Virus record (IMG/VR): IMGVR_UViG_3300049924_000017
Span: 1-31,550 of that record
From: a virus
Lineage: Duplodnaviria; Caudoviricetes
Direction: 5' to 3' (one strand)
Length of the DNA stretch: 31,550 nt
Positions 1-5,543 of this stretch are shown here, one piece after another. How positions within the stretch are numbered: the first letter of the stretch is position 1; the number at the start of each line of letters is the position of its first letter. The position numbers were made by a program, and so were the translations under genes. A model generated the notes under the pieces. That model ran no database searches, had not been told where the DNA came from, and was given only the letters and a program-made list of their open reading frames with translations.

Positions 1-234
1 TACGAGTCTCTCAAGCCTATCATCAAGAGAGAACTTAACTACACCATGAAGAACTGTGCTAATAGCATGATGCTTCTGATCCTCAATCACAAGCAGGCTA
101 AGCACTTTGATGGTGTCATCAAGGAAGTAGGTTTCAGGACTCTTATGAGAGACGTCTATCATAGTGGTCATGGTAATAATCTGACTCTCTATGGCTGGGA
201 GAAGTATGAGAAACGAGAACCCACGAGTAATTAG
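1..234 (+). CDS. Hypothetical protein, 5'-truncated by the window edge
   Basis: Frame is open from base 1 (YESLKPIIKRELNYTMKNC...) to TAG at 232-234, which overlaps the polymerase GTG start (TAGTG). Confidence 0.7.
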   Translation, partial: YESLKPIIKRELNYTMKNCANSMMLLILNHKQAKHFDGVIKEVGFRTLMRDVYHSGHGNNLTLYGWEKYEKREPTSN

Positions 235-2453
235 TGCACCTGGTATGCGACATCGAGTGTGATAATCTGAGTGTACCAGACATCACTAATGTCTGGTGCG
301 TAGTAACTAAGAATATTGAAACCGAGGAAGTTCGAGTCTTCCGGGAGCTTAATGATGAACTCAAACTACATTTATCCAGCGCTGATAGCATTATTGGTCA
401 TAACTTTATTGACTATGATTACTCTGCCCTTGACAGATTTATACCTGGAGTCCTTGTTCCTAGACAGATAGTAGATACTTTAGTCCTCTCTCGGCTGTTA
501 AAATACAAGCTGGATGATGGCGAAGGCCATAGCCTTGAAGCGTGGGGCAACCGCTTTTCCCTCCCTAAACACGCCTCCCCTGACTGGAAAGTATTTAGTG
601 AAGCGATAGTAGACAGATGCGTACAAGACGTAGAGATTAACTATCAATTGTATAACTACCTATACGAGTACTTAAAGGAACCCTATTGGCAGCAGGCAAT
701 CCATACTGAAATGGAGATGGCCTGGATATGTAAGGAGATGAGTGACAATGGATTCAGATACGACAAAGCCGGTGCTGACGCGCTATTTAAGTCTTTGGAA
801 GAACGGTTACAACATCTCGATACCAGTATTATCGAGTGTTTCCCCCCAAGACTTAGGGCAGTACGTGAGATCACTCCGAAGCTTACCAAGCACGGTACCA
901 TTAGCAAGGCGAATCTTCCGAGGGATTGGACTGACCTTACTCGGATTTTTCCTGGGTGCCCATTTACACTTGTCCGTAACGAGGTGTTCAACCCAGGATC
1001 AACAAGACAGTTGGTGGAGCGCCTTGACGAGGCTGGCTGGAAGCCAGTTGACAGAACAAAGACTGGAAAAGGTTGGAAGGTAAACGAAGTCAACTTGGCG
1101 ACACTTCCTGCAACTGCACCCGAGGGAGCAAGGAAGCTAGTCGAAAGACTGTTGCTAGCGGCTCGGGTTCGAACTCTGACTGAGTGGGCCGCTAGTTACA
1201 ATCCTAAGACGGAGAGAGTACATGGTAAGTTCAATTCTATTGGCACTTGGCCTGGTCGTATGTCCCATAGTAAACCTAATCTCGGTAATGTCGCCACTAA
1301 AAAGTCTATCAAATACAAGAGTTCTTACCTTAAGTCTCTTGCTTTGGACTACGGAGCTGCAATGCGTAGTCTCTGGGTGGCTACTCCAGGATCTTGGCTG
1401 GTAGATACTATTAATGTCGAGGTAAAAGATTGTCAAATTGGTCTAGGCGAAGCGATGACTATAAGAAATATCACAATGAGTATAACAAACGATGGGCAAA
1501 GCGTAAACGCACACTCGAAGCTTCTTATAGAAACATTGAAAGAGATCGAAGGCTACGATCTAAATACCGCAGAGCTATTGAAGACTTTGATAGAATGGTT
1601 GCAGAACAAGAAGGTAAATGTTTCATCTGTGGTAAAGAAGGAAAAGAATTATTGGTTGATCATTGCCACAAGACCGGAAGGATTAGGAAATTGCTATGCA
1701 GACATTGTAACACAAGCCTTGGATGGTTTGAAAATAGGAAGCAAATCATTCTTGATTACGTCCAAGAAACAAGAGAAAGCTGAAAGCTTCTTAGTCGGTA
1801 CAGATATGGAAGCAGCCCATGTAAGGCTGTTCGCACATTACATTGATGATCCAGTATTCACTAAGGCAGTTGTAAGCGGTAATAAGAAGGATGGTACAGA
1901 TGTCCACACAGTTGGAGCAAAGATTTTCCAACATCTCGGCTGCGATCGAGACAATCATAAGACATTTATCTTCTCTTTCTTCAATGGAGCAGGACCTCCA
2001 AAGGTTGCAGAAATCTTTGGGTGTTCAATCGGAGAAGCTAGAAAAGCGCTTGACCTCTATGCTAAAAGATTTCCAGGAATACGAAGACTTCGCGAAGAAC
2101 TTATCCCAATCTATGCAAGACAAGGGTGGTTCCCTGGACTTGACGGACGGAGGATAGTCTACACCGAAGAGCATGGAATGTTCGCAGGCATGCTCCAGGC
2201 AGGTGAAGCCTGCGTAATGAAGATGGCTAATATCATATGGAGAAAGGAACTCAATGAACGAGGCGTCCGATACAAACAAGTCAATCTTGTACACGACGAA
2301 TATGTTACCGAAGTCTCGGAAGATGAAGCAATTACTCATGTGGTTGGAAGACTTCAGTCAGATGCCATACGACGAGTCGGAGATAATCTTGGACTCCGAT
2401 GTCCCTTGGCAGGTGAGTATAAAATTGGGAAGACTTGGCTAGCTGTGCACTAG
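234..2453 (+). CDS. polA: Phage family A DNA polymerase (3'-5' exonuclease + polymerase domains) with a 131-aa in-frame insertion
   Basis: ExoI DIECD, ExoII GHNFIDYD, DTLVLSRL, ExoIII RCVQDV, FNPGSTRQ, GRMSHSKPNLGN, motif A GTDMEAAHVR, motif B RDNHKTFIF, motif C VHDE, T7-like C-terminus GEYKIGKTWLAVH. Confidence 0.96.
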   Translation: MHLVCDIECDNLSVPDITNVWCVVTKNIETEEVRVFRELNDELKLHLSSADSIIGHNFIDYDYSALDRFIPGVLVPRQIVDTLVLSRLLKYKLDDGEGHSLEAWGNRFSLPKHASPDWKVFSEAIVDRCVQDVEINYQLYNYLYEYLKEPYWQQAIHTEMEMAWICKEMSDNGFRYDKAGADALFKSLEERLQHLDTSIIECFPPRLRAVREITPKLTKHGTISKANLPRDWTDLTRIFPGCPFTLVRNEVFNPGSTRQLVERLDEAGWKPVDRTKTGKGWKVNEVNLATLPATAPEGARKLVERLLLAARVRTLTEWAASYNPKTERVHGKFNSIGTWPGRMSHSKPNLGNVATKKSIKYKSSYLKSLALDYGAAMRSLWVATPGSWLVDTINVEVKDCQIGLGEAMTIRNITMSITNDGQSVNAHSKLLIETLKEIEGYDLNTAELLKTLIEWLQNKKVNVSSVVKKEKNYWLIIATRPEGLGNCYADIVTQALDGLKIGSKSFLITSKKQEKAESFLVGTDMEAAHVRLFAHYIDDPVFTKAVVSGNKKDGTDVHTVGAKIFQHLGCDRDNHKTFIFSFFNGAGPPKVAEIFGCSIGEARKALDLYAKRFPGIRRLREELIPIYARQGWFPGLDGRRIVYTEEHGMFAGMLQAGEACVMKMANIIWRKELNERGVRYKQVNLVHDEYVTEVSEDEAITHVVGRLQSDAIRRVGDNLGLRCPLAGEYKIGKTWLAVH
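1404..1796 (+). mobile_element. Homing-endonuclease-type insertion inside the polymerase gene (boundaries uncertain by about 6 codons)
   Basis: Removing 393 nt rejoins RSLWVATPGSWLV to GTDMEAAHVRLFAHY, the normal contiguous approach to motif A. The insert holds an endonuclease VII ORF and is flanked by SWLVDT / SFLVGT. Confidence 0.8.
1430..1783 (+). CDS. Endonuclease VII-family (His-Me finger) putative homing endonuclease, nested in an alternative frame of the polymerase gene
   Basis: EQEGKCFICG...LLVDHCHKTGRIRKLLCRHCNTSLG matches the endo VII pattern CxxC...VDHxH.TG..R.LLC..CN..LG. Basic N-terminus. SD GAGGT at 1419-1423, 6 nt before the TTG start. Confidence 0.9.
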   Translation: MSNWSRRSDDYKKYHNEYNKRWAKRKRTLEASYRNIERDRRLRSKYRRAIEDFDRMVAEQEGKCFICGKEGKELLVDHCHKTGRIRKLLCRHCNTSLGWFENRKQIILDYVQETRES

Positions 2454-2480
2454 CACAGCCGAAGCAAAGCTTCGAGGTGC
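2453..2480 (+). promoter_or_regulatory. Intergenic stem-loop directly after the polymerase stop
   Basis: GCAC-agc-CGAAGC-aaa-GCTTCG-ag-GTGC. No U-tract, so not a classical terminator. Confidence 0.4.
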
Positions 2481-2519
2481 ATTGACAGTCTAGATTATAT
2501 ATGATAGGAGTAGTTGATT

Positions 2520-2765
2520 ATGCAGTGTAACAGATGCAAGAAGGATGTCTCGGGTTACAGAGATAGTAAAGATCCTCTTGCGGATTATAAAGCGCAACCT
2601 AAAAAGAAGCTTATTCTATGTGATATTTGTTTTAAGAAACGTGCAGAGTATTTGAAACAAGCTAAGAATAAATTAATAGAAAGAGGTCATATTAATGTAA
2701 CAAACGACGAGCATCCATACTATCCTGACTACCCACGTCCCTTTGAAGAACTTCATGTTAAATAA
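2520..2765 (+). CDS. Small Cys-rich (CxxC...CxxC) hypothetical protein
   Basis: CNRC and CDIC pairs. SD AGGAG at 2506-2510 favours ATG 2520 over TTG 2514. Confidence 0.7.
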   Translation: MQCNRCKKDVSGYRDSKDPLADYKAQPKKKLILCDICFKKRAEYLKQAKNKLIERGHINVTNDEHPYYPDYPRPFEELHVK

Positions 2766-2795
2766 AGACTTCGCCTTCCAAAAAGGATACAATAA

Positions 2796-3026
2796 ATGAG
2801 TGAAGATAAAGACAAGCGTAAGAGATTTATTGTTCAGATTTCTTTCTATATTCCTGAGTCAGGCCCTATTCAAGTATGGGCTACTGACGAGGCACATGCC
2901 CGTGAGCTTGTGCCTAAGATGGTTCCCCATCTAAAGGATGTCCAGATTCATGACATCTTCTCGGCGGATGATGTCGAGAAACACGAACCTCCCCAGACTG
3001 CTCCCGCAACTCCAACAATCAACTAG
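2796..3026 (+). CDS. Hypothetical protein
   Basis: 76-aa ORF with upstream AAGGA; fills the gap in the + strand operon. Confidence 0.75.
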   Translation: MSEDKDKRKRFIVQISFYIPESGPIQVWATDEAHARELVPKMVPHLKDVQIHDIFSADDVEKHEPPQTAPATPTIN

Positions 3027-3071
3027 TAGCTTTGCTACGGTCGTTTGTGTAACAAACTAAGGAAGCTATAA

Positions 3072-3539
3072 ATGAGTGAGCATTTCTTTTCAGGTAAGGC
3101 ATCTTGGGCACGTATGACTACGCCCGATAAATTCGGTAAGTATTCAGTGACGATTGCTCTTGATATGAAGCAGTTCAAGGAGATGAAAGACCTTGGCATT
3201 AAGAACGGTGGTAAACCCAACGAAGACGGACATATGCTCGTTACCTTCAGGCGTCCTCAAGACACCGGACCTCCTAAGGTTGTTGACCGAGATGGAGCTC
3301 CGTTTACTAAAGACATTGGCAATGGTTCCACGTGCACTGTAGCTCTTGATGTAGAGACCTTTACATCTAAGGTACATGGTAAAGTAACGAGATCTACTTT
3401 GACGAAGGTCAGGGTTGATGAGTGGGTAGAGTATGTGCCTACGGCGCGGACGGATGTTCCCGGATCTGATGATGCTCGGAAGCAAGGTGAAAATCCTTCT
3501 CCGTCCGCACTACCCACACCTAAAGGAAGGATGTTCTAA
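3072..3539 (+). CDS. Probable single-stranded DNA-binding protein (T7 gp2.5-like OB fold)
   Basis: GKASWA...PDKFGKYSVTI, PKVVDRDG, IGNGSTCTV pattern, flexible tail ending in Phe, position in the replication module, SD AAGGA. Confidence 0.7.
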   Translation: MSEHFFSGKASWARMTTPDKFGKYSVTIALDMKQFKEMKDLGIKNGGKPNEDGHMLVTFRRPQDTGPPKVVDRDGAPFTKDIGNGSTCTVALDVETFTSKVHGKVTRSTLTKVRVDEWVEYVPTARTDVPGSDDARKQGENPSPSALPTPKGRMF

Positions 3540-3637
3540 TGGTTTGTCCTTCTTGCAATATTCTAATGGCTTTGGTTTCTAATCGTTTCTGGTGTTGGAA
3601 GTGTAAAAGCTTTCATTTGTTTGGAAGAAAGAAATGA
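3539..3637 (+). CDS. 32-aa zinc-ribbon-like peptide (not in the ORF track)
   Basis: MVCPSCNILMALVSNRFWCWKCKSFHLFGRKK. Coupled upstream by TAATG and downstream by ATGA overlaps. Confidence 0.6.
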   Translation: MVCPSCNILMALVSNRFWCWKCKSFHLFGRKK

Positions 3638-3813
3638 GTACGATCTATGTTGTAGTTCATTCTGATTATGATTATAATTTCATTCTCGGAGCCTTTAAAT
3701 CAGAAGAATCTGCTCAAGCCTTTGCTAAAGCAAAAGACGAAGCAAGAAGTAAAGAAGTTACGTATTATAGAACAGATTCATTTGATATAGAAGAGGTAGA
3801 ACTTAGTGAGTAA
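3634..3813 (+). CDS. 59-aa hypothetical protein (not in the ORF track)
   Basis: MSTIYVVVHSDYDYNFILGAFKSEESAQAF...DIEEVELSE. Overlaps both neighbours in a coupled fashion. Confidence 0.7.
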   Translation: MSTIYVVVHSDYDYNFILGAFKSEESAQAFAKAKDEARSKEVTYYRTDSFDIEEVELSE

Positions 3814-4666
3814 GAGTATAACCACCCTAGTCCAAGATATCTACAGTCTCCTTGAGAAAGGGGCTGCTAGAATAGATGCATCTAATCTTGGACAAATGAT
3901 CTCTAGCCGTCTAGAGGAGACCAAGGGTGGTCCAGCGTTGCGTATGAGTAATGTTGGTGAGAAGTGCGTACGTAAGCTCTGGTACAGGCATCACAGCCCA
4001 GAGGCTGCTGAGGCCTTACCAGGGCCTACGATCCTAAAGTTTATGACTGGAGATATAAAAGAAGAACTCGTCCTATCTCTCGCTGAACAAGCTGGCCATA
4101 AGGTAGAGGGAAGACAAGAGGAAGTGGAGTTCCAAGGAGTGAAAGGACATATAGATGCTATTATTGATGGTGTGGTTGTTGACGTTAAGTCTGCTAACTC
4201 TCGCAGTATGGAGAAGTTTAGACGTCACAGCCTGGAATGGAATGACCCATTTGGTTACCTGGATCAAATCGGTCTTTATGCAGAATCCCTTAAAAATGAT
4301 CCCAGAGTCACTGTCAAAGGTCAAGTGGCCTTTTTGGCAGCAGACAAAGAGCTTGGACACCTCCACCTCGATGTCTACCCAAGACCAGACAAACCCTGGA
4401 AAGAAATTCTAAGAGGTATAGAGGATGACTTGGCAAAACCTGATCCTCCTGATCGCTATTACTCAGATCGTCCAGACGGTGCTTCTGGCAACAGGTCTCT
4501 ACCTATGGAGTGTACGTATTGCAGCTTTAAAGAGACTTGCTGGAGGGACTCCAACAACGGTAAAGGACTTAGAAAGTTCATTTACGCTAATGGGCCTAAG
4601 TGGCTTAGTAAAGTAGCGAGGCAACCGGATGTCCCTGAGATACAAGTTAAAGATAAAGTTACCTAA
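3806..4666 (+). CDS. Cas4-like PD-(D/E)xK exonuclease
   Basis: LRMSNVGEKCVRKLWY, GHIDAIIDGVVVDVKS, YLDQIGLY and C-terminal CTYCSFKETC (1+3 Cys Fe-S ligand pattern). SD GAGGT before the GTG start. Confidence 0.88.
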   Translation: MSKSITTLVQDIYSLLEKGAARIDASNLGQMISSRLEETKGGPALRMSNVGEKCVRKLWYRHHSPEAAEALPGPTILKFMTGDIKEELVLSLAEQAGHKVEGRQEEVEFQGVKGHIDAIIDGVVVDVKSANSRSMEKFRRHSLEWNDPFGYLDQIGLYAESLKNDPRVTVKGQVAFLAADKELGHLHLDVYPRPDKPWKEILRGIEDDLAKPDPPDRYYSDRPDGASGNRSLPMECTYCSFKETCWRDSNNGKGLRKFIYANGPKWLSKVARQPDVPEIQVKDKVT

Positions 4667-4707
4667 GTCAGATAGGTCGTGGCGTAAGAGGTTTAAAGAA
4701 TTATCAA

Positions 4708-5091
4708 ATGAGTACCTTAAGAAGATTCAAGAAAAGAAGCAAGCGAAAGGGTAAGTACAAATCTGTACTTGAGAAGAAGATAGCACGTATACTTGGACGA
4801 AAGGCCACCTATGAAACTGAAGTTCTACAGTACCTCTTGCCGAAAAGATACACCCCTGACTTCGTGGTGGATATGCCTGGTAATGGAAGGGTTTATATTG
4901 AGGTTAAGGGATGGTTTAGGTATGAAGATCAAGCGAAGATGAGAGCAGTAAAGAAGTGTAATCCTGATCTCGATATACGGATGTATTTCCCTAATGATAA
5001 GAAAGTTCAGAGTAGTAAGATGACTAACTCTGAATGGTGCAAGAAGTATGAGTTCCCGTATTATATAGGGGAGTTACCTAAAGAGTTTTAG
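4708..5091 (+). CDS. Endonuclease I / Holliday junction resolvase (T7 gp3-like)
   Basis: YKSVLE...YE...YTPDF...YIEVKG...PDLDIR...WCKKY. Confidence 0.88.
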   Translation: MSTLRRFKKRSKRKGKYKSVLEKKIARILGRKATYETEVLQYLLPKRYTPDFVVDMPGNGRVYIEVKGWFRYEDQAKMRAVKKCNPDLDIRMYFPNDKKVQSSKMTNSEWCKKYEFPYYIGELPKEF

Positions 5092-5093
5092 TC

Positions 5094-5246
5094 ATGAGTG
5101 AGAAGATTGACATGCTAATAAAGTTATATCCAGATCTTGATGAGCTATTCGATATACTTGATATCGATCTTCATGATGTCATTGCTATACTTGTAAGAGG
5201 AGGTCACGTTAAACTCCCTGATTATGTAGAGAATATTTATGGATGA
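5094..5246 (+). CDS. 50-aa acidic hypothetical protein (not in the ORF track)
   Basis: MSEKIDMLIKLYPDLDELFDILDIDLHDVIAILVRGGHVKLPDYVENIYG; starts 2 nt after the previous stop. Confidence 0.7.
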   Translation: MSEKIDMLIKLYPDLDELFDILDIDLHDVIAILVRGGHVKLPDYVENIYG

Positions 5247-5412
5247 ACTAAGCAAGAATAAGAAAAGAGCCCTAAGGCGTAAGAGAGACGTTATTGCTAA
5301 ACATATGAAAGAGAATAAGATCTATCATGAGAAAGTAGTAGAAAAGAAAAGGACCCGGAGGCGACTCCGAGTCCAAGAGATAGATAGATATCTTGAAGAA
5401 GAAGGCGCTTAA
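5239..5412 (+). CDS. 57-aa basic hypothetical protein (not in the ORF track)
   Basis: MDELSKNKKRALRRKRDVIAKHM...YLEEEGA. Overlaps the previous gene; last gene of the + arm. Confidence 0.65.
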   Translation: MDELSKNKKRALRRKRDVIAKHMKENKIYHEKVVEKKRTRRRLRVQEIDRYLEEEGA

Positions 5413-5429
5413 CGGCGCCTTTTCTTTTT
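5395..5429. terminator. Bidirectional intrinsic terminator between the two genome arms
   Basis: Stem AAGGCGC (5402-5408) / GCGCCTT (5415-5421), loop TTAACG. Followed by a T-rich tract on + and TTCTTCTTC on -. Confidence 0.8.
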
Positions 5430-5543
5430 CCTAGGTTTCTTTTTAAAACCATTAGTAGCATAGTACAAAGCTACTTGCTTCTTGGTAAATGTACGGCCAC
5501 TAGGGCTCTTGTACTTACCTCCTCTTGTCTTAGTGAAAGGCAT
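5409..5543 (-). CDS. 44-aa highly basic peptide (not in the ORF track)
   Basis: MPFTKTRGGKYKSPSGRTFTKKQVALYYATNGFKKKPRKKKRRR. Start overlaps the upstream stop (TGATG). Confidence 0.7.
   Translation of the reverse strand: MPFTKTRGGKYKSPSGRTFTKKQVALYYATNGFKKKPRKKKRRR

Noticed and set aside
1404-1796. Group I intron in the polymerase gene (GACTA at 1457-1461 and TAGTC at 1792-1796 could mimic P7)
   Set aside because: Only ~50 nt precede GACTA, too few for P1-P6, and motif A codons follow TAGTC immediately, leaving no P9 or terminal G region. A degenerate remnant cannot be excluded without a covariance-model search.
1404-1796. Intein in the polymerase
   Set aside because: No intein block A start, no His-Asn followed by Cys/Ser/Thr at the end, and the nuclease is in a different frame.
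1389-1805. T4 gene 60-style ribosomal bypass
   Set aside because: No in-frame stop after a take-off codon and no identical codon pair at equivalent flank positions; unsupported, though not experimentally excluded.
2482-2505. Sigma70 promoter TTGACA...TATGAT
   Set aside because: Perfect -35 but only 12 nt to the best -10-like hexamer; no good -10 at 16-18 nt.
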